From NCBI GenBank assembly GCA_947306705.1, contig CAMZHD010000002.1, positions 1-50,198 on the forward strand: a stretch of 50,198 nt of DNA. Reading direction: 5' to 3'. A model generated the notes under the pieces. The model had not been told where the DNA came from, searched no databases, and saw only the letters and a program-made list of their open reading frames with translations. How positions within the stretch are numbered: position 1 is the stretch's first letter; each line of letters begins with the position of its first letter. Below, piece after piece: positions 1 to 8,648 of the stretch. A program made the position numbers and the translations under genes. This stretch comes from an uncultured Bacillales bacterium. GTDB lineage: Bacteria > Bacillota_I > Bacilli_A > RF39 > UBA660.

Positions 1-54
1 GACTTAGGATCTAGTGTCCCAGACGTGCAGGTTCAACTCCTGTTACCCGCACCA
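1..54 (+). tRNA. tRNA-Leu (anticodon UAG), 3' portion only; the 5' half lies outside the window
   Basis: Anticodon loop CTTAGGA at 3-9 (TAG at 5-7). Long variable arm (class II tRNA), T-arm GGTTCAACTCC, acceptor 3' strand TACCCGC, discriminator A, encoded CCA at 52-54. Confidence 0.8.
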
Positions 55-64
55 TTTATCTATA

Positions 65-89
65 AACAATCTGAAAAGATTGTTTTTTT
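65..89 (+). terminator. Rho-independent terminator after the tRNA
   Basis: Stem AACAATC / GATTGTT with loop TGAAAA, followed by a T-run. Confidence 0.7.
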
Positions 90-90
90 A

Positions 91-117
91 TTGTATTTAT
101 TCATTTAATGATATAAT
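91..117 (+). promoter_or_regulatory. Candidate sigma-A promoter (extended -10 TGaTATAAT)
   Basis: TTGTAT at 91-96 and TG-n-TATAAT at 109-117. The spacer is short at 15 nt, so the call rests mainly on the extended -10. Confidence 0.4.
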
Positions 118-134
118 AATGATGAGGAGGCTTT

Positions 135-1112
135 ATGAGCACAGTTAGAGATAATAGATACGATGATGGTACAAAAAAGAGAAAAGCGGGTAGTCGTCAT
201 AGAAAGGTAACACAAAAAGAAAGAGATCAACAATTATCAAGAAATAAAAGAAATGCTGAAAGAAGAGAATTAGTTGAGAATTTTAAACGATATCATGATC
301 CTCATAATATATTTGTTTTATTAATTGAAGAGGAAACAGATAATAATGAAAAGGTATTATTAGAAAGAACGGAACTAGCAGATGGGGTTTATACTTGTGA
401 TTTACCAGTTCTAAGAATGGAAGATGCAGCTTTATTAGAATCTTTGGATATTGAAAGAATGCTTAGAAATCGTTTTGGTATTACTTCAGAAAATTATGAA
501 TTATTACCAGATGAAAGAATGTTAGTTGTGAGAAATATAAAATTAGATCAATCAGGCTTTGAAAGTCATGTAATTAGAACCTATAATCCTGCAACTTGGT
601 TTTCTGGAAATATGACATCACAAATAGGAAAAACATTATATTATGGAGGAACCTTTACAGATCCATATCTTGCATCCGTAAATGATCTAGGAAAGATTAT
701 TATATCAAGTGATATGTTATGCAAAGTATTAGATTATAGAAAACACGAAAATAAAATTGATTATTATGCAGGAGTTTATGGGGGAACGAATTATCGTGTT
801 AGAGATACAACAGATTTTCTTTATGCATTTTATGATAGGCCAATACTAGAAAAATTAAGTAGAGAAGAATCAGAACTTATGTATCTATTACACGGTTCCC
901 GTAGAGGTCCAATTATTCAAGATATACATAGTTTTATGAGAACACTAAGAGCATCAAAAGATAAAATGGAAGAATTATCAAAATTATCATCTGAATCCGA
1001 TGATTTATTTGATTTTATGAATCGTGCTCATGAACCAATGAAAGAAGTCGTTAAAACATATGGAGGATACTTCAGTAATGTAAGAAAAAGTTATGATCAA
1101 ATAAATGAGTAA
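135..1112 (+). CDS. Hypothetical protein, 325 aa, with a very basic K/R-rich N-terminal ~55 aa
   Basis: Long ORF with GAGGAGG SD 6 nt upstream. I recognise no motif. Confidence 0.65.
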   Translation: MSTVRDNRYDDGTKKRKAGSRHRKVTQKERDQQLSRNKRNAERRELVENFKRYHDPHNIFVLLIEEETDNNEKVLLERTELADGVYTCDLPVLRMEDAALLESLDIERMLRNRFGITSENYELLPDERMLVVRNIKLDQSGFESHVIRTYNPATWFSGNMTSQIGKTLYYGGTFTDPYLASVNDLGKIIISSDMLCKVLDYRKHENKIDYYAGVYGGTNYRVRDTTDFLYAFYDRPILEKLSREESELMYLLHGSRRGPIIQDIHSFMRTLRASKDKMEELSKLSSESDDLFDFMNRAHEPMKEVVKTYGGYFSNVRKSYDQINE

Positions 1113-1126
1113 AAAGGAGTGAAAAT

Positions 1127-1834
1127 ATGCCAGCATTAAAAAGAGAAGTAAAAGTAGATCCACAAGAATATGAAAAAAGATGGTCTACAAAAATGGGAGC
1201 ATCTCTAGAAGATGCATTTAATGATATATTATCTAATTTTTCAGATAATATGTTAGACGAACATTACAGTAGTTTTATGAATCAATTCTTATTTAACAAT
1301 TTAGAAGAAGTCTATTATTTTGATAATTTTATCTATGTATATCCTAGAAAAATGAAAGATAAAGAACATGGACGTGTATTAAATAATCTTAGAGGAAAAA
1401 ATCAATTTAGATGTGTAGAATTAGACGGAAAAAATATTGTAATAGAAGAATTTCAGGATGAAGAAACCGTTGAGATGAAATTCTATTCTATGACACCAGA
1501 AGCTGAGGATAGGATAGATAAGTCCCCTTTCCATGGAGATAGAGGAGAATTCTTACTACTAATTTCAGAAGAGGATCAATCCGCTATCGAACCTCTTCAA
1601 TTCAATGGAAAAGTAGTGGTAAAACATGAACACGGAAGTTTAATGTGCTATGATTCAGAGGGAAATATTTTTGATATAGTTCCTACGATTGCAGATCGAA
1701 TGGATCAACCAAATAAGAATGGAATATCTTTCTATCACGAAGTTGAAAAGAAAATTGATAAAAAAGGAATACGAAAAGAATTAGAAAGACAAGCTTTACA
1801 AAGGGGAGAGAATATTGAACAAGCAGGGAAATAG
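1127..1834 (+). CDS. Hypothetical protein, 235 aa
   Basis: Long ORF with AAGGAG SD, 14 nt after the previous stop (operonic). No recognisable motif. Confidence 0.65.
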   Translation: MPALKREVKVDPQEYEKRWSTKMGASLEDAFNDILSNFSDNMLDEHYSSFMNQFLFNNLEEVYYFDNFIYVYPRKMKDKEHGRVLNNLRGKNQFRCVELDGKNIVIEEFQDEETVEMKFYSMTPEAEDRIDKSPFHGDRGEFLLLISEEDQSAIEPLQFNGKVVVKHEHGSLMCYDSEGNIFDIVPTIADRMDQPNKNGISFYHEVEKKIDKKGIRKELERQALQRGENIEQAGK

Positions 1835-1940
1835 AGAAATCTATTTCTTTTTATTGTATTTTTAAAGGATTTTGATATAATAAGAAGTAATTATTTTTAG
1901 GGAAAAGTTTATTAAATTGAAATAGAGATGAGGGATAAGT

Positions 1941-2711
1941 ATGAAATTTAATGGAGATTTAAATGGATTAAGTTTAGAAGCTGTTGTTAAGAGTCATTCT
2001 GATAGACAACCAGCATCTTATGAAACAGAAGAAAAACAAAGAAAATTGATTAATATACTAATTAGTAGATTTAATCAAGAATTAGAAAATGGAAATTGTC
2101 AAGATGGACTTATGAGAGCAAAAATACAAGGTGGTTTCTTTCATAAACCAGAACCTGGATATAAAGAAATAGAAGCTTTAAGAAAATCAGGAGACTTCGA
2201 TTCTTTCGCAAGAGAATATTGTATGTATGTAGGAGAAATTCAACCACTTGAAGATAATTGGAATATTCCTTCTATAGAAATTATTTGGGATTACAAAACA
2301 TATTTGAAACTAATTAGTATGGCAATGTTAAGAGATATGAAAGCATCTGGAATAGAAGAAATAGCTAAGCCATTAGAAGCAGTTAGAACCATGTCAGTAG
2401 AACATCAAGCAAATGTAATAGAATCTTTCAAAGGAATCGTAGAAAAAGAACAAGAAGCATGGCATAAAGAACTATTAGATAGAATTTGTGCTAAAGAAGG
2501 ACATCACTTTGAAGAATGGAAGTTATTCGCAAGAAGAGAGTTGGATGGAGAGACATTAATTCCAGTATGGGAAAGAAAATGTGCTATTTGTGGTTATAAA
2601 GAAAGAAGATTGGAAGAACCAAAAGATTTTGCTTCTCAAAGAGAAGAACACCATAGACAAATACTAAAATCAGTGAAAGAACAATTAGAGAATTTTAAAA
2701 AAGGAGAATAA
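1941..2711 (+). CDS. Hypothetical protein, 256 aa, with one CxxC near the C-terminus
   Basis: Long ORF with GAGGGA SD. Only CAICG stands out. Confidence 0.65.
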   Translation: MKFNGDLNGLSLEAVVKSHSDRQPASYETEEKQRKLINILISRFNQELENGNCQDGLMRAKIQGGFFHKPEPGYKEIEALRKSGDFDSFAREYCMYVGEIQPLEDNWNIPSIEIIWDYKTYLKLISMAMLRDMKASGIEEIAKPLEAVRTMSVEHQANVIESFKGIVEKEQEAWHKELLDRICAKEGHHFEEWKLFARRELDGETLIPVWERKCAICGYKERRLEEPKDFASQREEHHRQILKSVKEQLENFKKGE

Positions 2712-2726
2712 TATTCTTCTTTTTTT
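2701..2726 (+). terminator. Hairpin plus T-run overlapping the stop codon of the 256-aa gene
   Basis: GGAGAAT-AAT-ATTCTTC stem followed by T7. Confidence 0.5.
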
Positions 2727-2758
2727 AGACTTATGTTATAATGAGAATGGTGATAAAA

Positions 2759-3151
2759 ATGAATGAAGAAGAAGCTAAAGGAAAATTAGAAGAAGGTTAT
2801 GATGAAGCGGAAGAATTATTAAAAGATAGAGATAAGATGGAAGAATTTCTACAAAAACTAGAAAAGAAACTAGTAGAAATACCAGTAGCAGGTAAATCTT
2901 TATCTATGATTCCTGTCTTAATTTCCTTAATTAGAAGTTATTTTAAAAAAGAATATACAGATATTCCAGTAAAATCAATTATTGCAATTGTAAGTGCCTT
3001 AATGTACTGGTTATTGCCTGCAGATGTCATTCCCGATGTAATTCCAGGTATTGGATATGTAGATGATGCATCTGTCATAGCATTCTGTCTTAAACTCGTT
3101 GGAGATGATTTAAAAGATTATCAAAAATGGAGAGAAGAGAATCATAAATAG
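2759..3151 (+). CDS. DUF1232 (YkvA-like) membrane protein
   Basis: Motif VIPDVIPGIGYVDDASV is typical of DUF1232. I moved the start to ATG 2759 (GGTGA SD) because the track start at 2741 lies inside an extended -10 element (TGtTATAAT, 2734-2742). Confidence 0.7.
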   Translation: MNEEEAKGKLEEGYDEAEELLKDRDKMEEFLQKLEKKLVEIPVAGKSLSMIPVLISLIRSYFKKEYTDIPVKSIIAIVSALMYWLLPADVIPDVIPGIGYVDDASVIAFCLKLVGDDLKDYQKWREENHK

Positions 3152-3158
3152 AGGAATT

Positions 3159-3419
3159 ATGGAAAATACAAAGTTTGTATCAAATGCATTAAAAGAAAAG
3201 AAAATTGAAATTGTAAGTCAATCAGAATATGGAATTAACTGCAAAATTGGAGAAAATGGAGAATTACAAATAATAGGAGATTCAGAATCTCTTATTGATC
3301 TTGCAGATATCTTAACATCCCTTGCATTAGAAGAAAAGAATGACCATGTACACCTTGATAATATGACATTATTACAAGATAATTCCAATATTTCAGAAAT
3401 AATAATCGAGAAAAGATAG
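3159..3419 (+). CDS. Hypothetical small acidic protein, 86 aa
   Basis: ORF with AGAGGA SD, 7 nt after the previous stop. Confidence 0.55.
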   Translation: MENTKFVSNALKEKKIEIVSQSEYGINCKIGENGELQIIGDSESLIDLADILTSLALEEKNDHVHLDNMTLLQDNSNISEIIIEKR

Positions 3420-3428
3420 AACGTACAT

Positions 3429-3457
3429 TTGACAAATTTAACAAAATGTGATACAAT
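3429..3457 (+). promoter_or_regulatory. Sigma-A promoter of the asnA operon
   Basis: TTGACA (3429-3434), 17-nt spacer, TACAAT (3452-3457), preceded by TG-n (extended -10). Confidence 0.75.
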
Positions 3458-3463
3458 ATACTT

Positions 3464-3762
3464 GCATTGATGAGGAAAAGTACTATAGATCATCATGACA
3501 GTGAGCTGGAGATAGTGAGAACCAGTAATGAAGACTATACGAAAGAACACCTCGGAGCAAACTACCGAAAAGAATTCTTAGTAGGCTAGTTCGGAAGGCA
3601 ATCCGTTATCATATTGCTAGGTTTGTTAGAACTGAAAAAAGAGATTACGAAATACAAACCGCCTATATATTTATAGATGGTTTTTTTAGTAATAAATTAA
3701 GGTGGCACCGCGGATACCCATGTTCGTCCTTAACTGTAGGATGAAATGGGTATTTTTGTTTA
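3464..3762 (+). promoter_or_regulatory. T-box riboswitch leader, probable Asn specifier (AAC at 3546-3548)
   Basis: Conserved T-box sequence AATTAAGGTGGCACCGCGG at 3696-3714. Terminator ATACCCAT...ATGGGTAT (3714-3753) plus T-run. The 5' arm of the terminator overlaps the antiterminator region. asnA lies downstream. Confidence 0.85.
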
Positions 3763-3785
3763 TTAAAAAATTCGGAGGTGTTAGG

Positions 3786-4514
3786 ATGAAATATTTTAAA
3801 ACAGAAAAAGAGAAAATGGTTAGGTTACAAGAAAAGGATGGAATGATTTACAGAATGTTAGGAGAAGTAGAAGTTGATAAAGACATAATGGAAGCATTTC
3901 AAATGTTAACAGGAAAAGTAACAGAAGAAGAAAGGGAAGAACTACTACAATTAATGAAACGATATGGATTAACTTCAAAAGCCATTGAAAGTCTAATTCC
4001 ATATTATAAGAAAGATCGATTTGAAAAATATGGTCTTTCTGATAAACTACAAGAATTAATAGAAGAGACAGGAAGAAAAGATGTTACCTATTTAGAATAT
4101 TTAGACTTTGTAGAGCACATAAAAGAAGTGGATCAAAAAGAATATAGAAGACAAGCAGAAGAATTAGAATCTATTAGAGAAGAATATGGAGATTGGTTAA
4201 CAGATTACTTAAAAGGAACGGTTTTATTAGATCATATTGCTCCAGATACTTTAAAGAGATTCTTACCAGAAGCAAGTTTCTTAGAAAGAGATGAACAACA
4301 ATTGTTAGAGTTATTAAGAACTCATCATATGACAACAGCATTTGCTTTTCCAGTTTCTTATCATTTGATTGTAGAAATGGCAAGAGATCATACATTATCA
4401 AGATATCCTGAACAATTAACCTATACTGTAACTACAACAGGTAAAACAGTAGATGCATCATTTAAAAAGAAAGATTTTATTGAAAGTGTAAAACAAAAAC
4501 AATATATAAGATAA
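3786..4514 (+). CDS. Hypothetical protein, 243 aa, first gene of the T-box-controlled operon
   Basis: ATG 3786 with GGAGG SD. The track start at 3702 would place coding sequence inside the T-box terminator. No recognisable motif. Confidence 0.65.
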   Translation: MKYFKTEKEKMVRLQEKDGMIYRMLGEVEVDKDIMEAFQMLTGKVTEEEREELLQLMKRYGLTSKAIESLIPYYKKDRFEKYGLSDKLQELIEETGRKDVTYLEYLDFVEHIKEVDQKEYRRQAEELESIREEYGDWLTDYLKGTVLLDHIAPDTLKRFLPEASFLERDEQQLLELLRTHHMTTAFAFPVSYHLIVEMARDHTLSRYPEQLTYTVTTTGKTVDASFKKKDFIESVKQKQYIR

Positions 4515-4572
4515 GTATTTGATAGTCCTACAGTATCAAAAAGAATAAAAAATAAGAGAGGAAAGAAGAATT

Positions 4573-5538
4573 ATGAAAAGAGTAAAATATTATGAAAGAT
4601 TAATAATGATAGAAGATACGAAAAAAATATTTGAAGAAGAACTATCAAAAGCACTAGATTTAATGAAAGTACCAAGTCCATTATTTGTAAAAACATCTAG
4701 TGGATTACAAGACACATTAAGTGGAACAGAAAAATCTGTATCCTTTACAAAAAGTGGGGAACAATTTGAAGTCGTACATAGTCTAGCGAAATGGAAAAGA
4801 GAAGCACTAGGGAAATATGGTTTTCCAATGCATAAAGGTCTATTAACTGATATGAAAGCGATTCGTAAAGAAGAAGTAGTAGATGCCATTCACTCTATGT
4901 ATGTAGAACAATGGGATTGGGAGAAAGTAATTTCAAAAGAAGATAGAACCTTAGAATATTTAAAAGAAACGGTAAGAAAGATCTATGGAGCTATTAAAAA
5001 GACTAGTAAAAAGTTATCAAAAAAGTATCCATCTCTAAAAGTGGAATTAGCTGATAAAATTACGTTTATCACAACACAAGAGTTAGAAGATATGTATCCA
5101 GAATTAACTCCCGTAGAAAGAGAACAAGTATATGCAAAAGAAAAAGGAGCTATCTTTATTATCGGAATTGGAGACAAATTAAAAAGTGGGAAACCACATG
5201 ATTTAAGAAGTCCTGATTATGATGATTGGAAATTAGATGGAGATATCATTGTATATGATAAAGTAATGAAAGAAGCAATTGAATTAAGTTCTATGGGCAT
5301 ACGTGTAGATAAAGAGGCTTTATTAGATCAATTAAAGAAAACCCATACAGAAGATAGAATGAAATTACCATTCCATAAAGGGATTATGAAAGGAACGACT
5401 CCATTATCCATTGGAGGAGGAATTGGTATATCAAGAATCTTACTATTATTATTAGGAAAAACCCATATTGCAGAAGTACAAGCATCTAGTTGGGAAGAAA
5501 AAACTCTAAAAGAATTAAAAGATTTTGAGATACTTTAA
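4573..5538 (+). CDS. asnA: Aspartate--ammonia ligase (asparagine synthetase A)
   Basis: Colinear with E. coli AsnA along the whole length: FEVVHSLAKWKR, VEQWDWEKV, LSSMGIRVD, IGGGIG(I)SR. Confidence 0.9.
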   Translation: MKRVKYYERLIMIEDTKKIFEEELSKALDLMKVPSPLFVKTSSGLQDTLSGTEKSVSFTKSGEQFEVVHSLAKWKREALGKYGFPMHKGLLTDMKAIRKEEVVDAIHSMYVEQWDWEKVISKEDRTLEYLKETVRKIYGAIKKTSKKLSKKYPSLKVELADKITFITTQELEDMYPELTPVEREQVYAKEKGAIFIIGIGDKLKSGKPHDLRSPDYDDWKLDGDIIVYDKVMKEAIELSSMGIRVDKEALLDQLKKTHTEDRMKLPFHKGIMKGTTPLSIGGGIGISRILLLLLGKTHIAEVQASSWEEKTLKELKDFEIL

Positions 5539-5545
5539 AAAACAA

Positions 5546-5569
5546 AAAGAATTCATTTGAATTCTTTTT
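5546..5569 (+). terminator. Rho-independent terminator after asnA
   Basis: AAAGAATTC / GAATTCTTT stem plus T-run. Confidence 0.75.
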
Positions 5570-5616
5570 ATTTTATTTTTAGTATGTTATAATAAAACGC
5601 AATCGGGGGAATATGG

Positions 5617-6999
5617 ATGGAAAAGATTAGTCACAAAGGATATAAAATTTTATATGAAAAAAGGCAGTTCGCTTCTGCATATAAAATTATTCAAATGATT
5701 CAAAAATATTCAACTATTTTATCTGCGGATTTTCCGAAAAAAATTAGTTTATCAAAACCAGTAAAAGGATATGTATGGGTTGAAGATTTGAATGAATTAT
5801 TCATTCGAATATTAGAAAAAATAATGGATAATAAAGATATGATTGATGATGAAGATGAGACTGCATTCTTATTTCAAATCCTATTGGAAAAATATGATGA
5901 AGATAATGAGTATGACAGACAAACAGTATTTGACTTACAGACAATTTTTTGTTTATGTGGGTTAACTTATTTTCAATCTGCAGAGGATTATTATCATTAT
6001 TTACAAAACCCTACAGTACAACAAGATATTCAAATAGTGGATTCTCTAAGAGAAAAGCATAGAGAGGATTTATATAATTCTATACTAGATTCTCATCAAG
6101 AAGGAGGAGAAACTTTAGAAGAAGGATACATCCATATCATTACAAATTTTTTGAAAAAGAAAAGAGACTATGTTGATAGATTTATTAAAAACTATCCAAA
6201 AGAAATAATGCCTTTAACACCTCTTTCAGAAGAAGAATTAAAAGAATTATTTAAAAGGTTTTTAAAAGAAATAGATCCAACAGAAGAATTGATTCAATTA
6301 TTTGAAGAAGGAATCCAAAAGAATAGAATACATTTTTATGAGTCACAAGACCCAGTTGATGAAAATGAATCTGTTGTAAAAACTCCCGGGATTATAACAT
6401 TATATTGTAATGGCTGTATGAATGATTTTAGAATACTAGCCCATGAATTTGCTCATTACTTATTAATGAATAAAGGAGATATTCCAAAGTTTTCTCTAAG
6501 TGAATTTCTGTCCATCTTTTTAGAATTAGAAGCAGTTGACTTTTTAGAAAGAAACGGACTATCGCAAGAAGAATGTGAAGCAATTCGTAATATTAGAGAA
6601 AAGAGTCTATTAGATATCTATACCGGAGTAACAGAACTATTCATTCAAATTGATGAAAAAAAGAAAGGGATAGGTTTGACAGCAGAATGGATCTATCAAA
6701 CATTAAGAGAATTCTATGATCAAAAAGAGGAAGAGTTTTCGATAGAAGATGCAAAAACACTAATGGATGATTATACAATTGATCTAGTTCAAGAAGGATC
6801 TAAATTAATGGAAAGGCCTACTTATTTAGTGGGATATTATTATGCGAAAAAACTACAAGAAGAGAAAGATAAATATCAAAAGTTTGATTTCATATTAAAT
6901 CACATGAGTGAATATGATATGGAAAGATTAGAACAAGAATTAAAGGGAGATGCAAAGGTATTTACAAAAAATGAAAATGAATGTGATATAATGGGATAA
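5617..6999 (+). CDS. Putative zinc metallopeptidase (HExxH), 460 aa
   Basis: Single HEFAH motif (LAHEFAHYLL) in a long helical protein. The family is not assignable by eye; it could be distantly M3-like. Confidence 0.5.
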   Translation: MEKISHKGYKILYEKRQFASAYKIIQMIQKYSTILSADFPKKISLSKPVKGYVWVEDLNELFIRILEKIMDNKDMIDDEDETAFLFQILLEKYDEDNEYDRQTVFDLQTIFCLCGLTYFQSAEDYYHYLQNPTVQQDIQIVDSLREKHREDLYNSILDSHQEGGETLEEGYIHIITNFLKKKRDYVDRFIKNYPKEIMPLTPLSEEELKELFKRFLKEIDPTEELIQLFEEGIQKNRIHFYESQDPVDENESVVKTPGIITLYCNGCMNDFRILAHEFAHYLLMNKGDIPKFSLSEFLSIFLELEAVDFLERNGLSQEECEAIRNIREKSLLDIYTGVTELFIQIDEKKKGIGLTAEWIYQTLREFYDQKEEEFSIEDAKTLMDDYTIDLVQEGSKLMERPTYLVGYYYAKKLQEEKDKYQKFDFILNHMSEYDMERLEQELKGDAKVFTKNENECDIMG

Positions 7000-7012
7000 A
7001 GGTAGTGAGAGT

Positions 7013-8116
7013 ATGAATCTATACAATTATATTGATGATTATGGAATTTATTCATTTTCAGAAAAAAAGTTTAATGATATTGACGCTGTTATATTATCGT
7101 TTCTTTCCTATGCGAACTTTAATGAAATATTTCATACAAAATCTAGTATGACCATCAAAGAAGCAGGAAGAATTCATATAGGACTTCAAAAAGGAAAAGA
7201 TAGAAATATCATGGCAGTAAGAGAAGCTAATAAATTACTTCGTTATATTAAAGATACAAAAAGATATCAAGATTGTAAGTTATTTCACTACGAGTATATA
7301 GGAAATGATGATATTCAATTTGGAGCTATATCGATAGAATTCCTACCAAATCGTGTATTTGTATCCTTCGAAGGAACAGACCAATTATTTAGTGGATGGA
7401 AAGAGAACTTTATGTTAGGACATAAGTTTCCAACACTTTCTCATAAAGAAGCAATTAAATATTTAAATAAACATTTTTCATTTACAAACAAAAGATTATT
7501 AGTAGGAGGTCATTCTAAGGGAGGAAATCTAGCACTTGTTGCTGGAATGTATTCCAATCTCTTAGTTAGAATGGAAATTGATAAGGTTTATAATATGGAT
7601 GGTCCTGGATTACTTGAAAAAGAATTCCATTCAAAACAATATCAAAAGATAAAGAAGAAATATACCCATATACTACCTAATTACTCTGTTGTTGGATTAT
7701 TACTCAATCATTCAAATGATCAAATAGTGGTATCATCTAATAAAGGAGTATTAGCTCATAATGTTGTATATTGGCAAATAGAAGGAACTCACTTTGTTAA
7801 AACAAAGCTAAGTACTCTTTCACAAGAATTAGATAAAGAAATTAATACTTGGTATAGTCAATATAAAGAAGAAGATAAAGAAAACTTTATAATAAATATT
7901 GATACAGTATTAAAAGATGCAAACGTAGATAGTATATTAGATTTAAAAGAAAAAGGAAAAAATGTCATGAATGTCATTCGAGAAATGAAGGATATTGATG
8001 AACGATCTAGAAAGATGATGACTCAATTTTTCACAATTATTTTAAAATGCATAAAAGATGTTAAAAAAGAAGAATTTAAACAATTTATGAGTAATTTCTT
8101 AAAAATAGGAGGATAG
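7013..8116 (+). CDS. DUF2974 (Mbeg1-like) alpha/beta-hydrolase family protein
   Basis: SFEGTD...W..N block followed by the nucleophile-elbow-like GGHSKGGNLA, characteristic of DUF2974. Confidence 0.7.
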   Translation: MNLYNYIDDYGIYSFSEKKFNDIDAVILSFLSYANFNEIFHTKSSMTIKEAGRIHIGLQKGKDRNIMAVREANKLLRYIKDTKRYQDCKLFHYEYIGNDDIQFGAISIEFLPNRVFVSFEGTDQLFSGWKENFMLGHKFPTLSHKEAIKYLNKHFSFTNKRLLVGGHSKGGNLALVAGMYSNLLVRMEIDKVYNMDGPGLLEKEFHSKQYQKIKKKYTHILPNYSVVGLLLNHSNDQIVVSSNKGVLAHNVVYWQIEGTHFVKTKLSTLSQELDKEINTWYSQYKEEDKENFIINIDTVLKDANVDSILDLKEKGKNVMNVIREMKDIDERSRKMMTQFFTIILKCIKDVKKEEFKQFMSNFLKIGG

Positions 8117-8118
8117 TT

Positions 8119-8595
8119 ATGTCACTTGAAAACGTTAAAAATTATATGAAAAAATATAAACTAGAAAAAGATATATTAGAGTTTCCTGTATCTTCTGCTA
8201 CCGTAAAAGAAGCAGCAGAAGCAATTGGATGTAGAGAAGCAGATATCGCAAAAACAATGTCTTTTTTAGTAGACGAACAACCAATTGTAATTGTAGTTGC
8301 AGGAGATAGAAAAATAGACAATTCTAAATATAAACAAGAATTTCATAAGAAAGCAAAAATGGTTCCATTTGATCAAGTTGATGAAATAATTGGTCATGAA
8401 GTAGGAGGAGTATGCCCATTCGCAGTAAAAGAGAATGTAGAAGTATATCTAGATGAATCTTTAAAAGAATTTGAATTTGTATATCCTGCCTGCGGAAGTC
8501 ATAATAGTGCTATTAAATTAACAATTCCACAATTAGAAGAAACATCTAATTATAAAAAATGGATTGATGTATGTAAAAAAATAGAAGAAGAATAA
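8119..8595 (+). CDS. YbaK/EbsC-family aminoacyl-tRNA deacylase (trans-editing domain protein)
   Basis: ~158 aa, GHEVGGVCPF motif, and overall YbaK/ProX-like layout. Confidence 0.7.
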   Translation: MSLENVKNYMKKYKLEKDILEFPVSSATVKEAAEAIGCREADIAKTMSFLVDEQPIVIVVAGDRKIDNSKYKQEFHKKAKMVPFDQVDEIIGHEVGGVCPFAVKENVEVYLDESLKEFEFVYPACGSHNSAIKLTIPQLEETSNYKKWIDVCKKIEEE

Positions 8596-8598
8596 AAG

Positions 8599-8622
8599 AA
8601 TAAGACGTAGTCTTATTTTTTT
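8599..8622 (+). terminator. Rho-independent terminator
   Basis: AATAAGAC-GTA-GTCTTATT plus T-run. Confidence 0.7.
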
Positions 8623-8648
8623 ATGATAAAATAAAGTTAGGTGAGAGT

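Noticed and set aside
1-3419. Genomic island integrated at tRNA-Leu.
   Set aside because: No integrase or recombinase, no repeat of the tRNA 3' end seen in the window, and no obvious composition change. I kept it only as a low-interest finding about the unknown genes.
3702-3785. N-terminal extension of the ORF upstream of asnA (track start 3702).
   Set aside because: The extension would be encoded by the T-box core and its terminator hairpin. ATG 3786 has a GGAGG SD.
3218-5177. Antisense or overlapping ORFs from the track: 3218-3550(-), 3820-4002(-), 4174-4401(-), 4590-4889(-) and 4983-5177(-). Analogous ones elsewhere include 9571-9774, 11659-11883, 12599-12986, 13847-14047, 15920-16117, 18264-18446, 19490-19672, 19856-20155, 20620-20892, 22049-22273, 26718-27326, 29824-30126, 31203-31445, 34469-35002, 38268-38453, 40029-40253, 45353-45568, 46402-46612, 47144-47332 and 49991-50197.
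   Set aside because: All lie inside or opposite well-supported genes. They lack an SD and have low-complexity Leu/Ile/Phe/Ser-rich translations typical of the antisense frame of AT-rich coding DNA.
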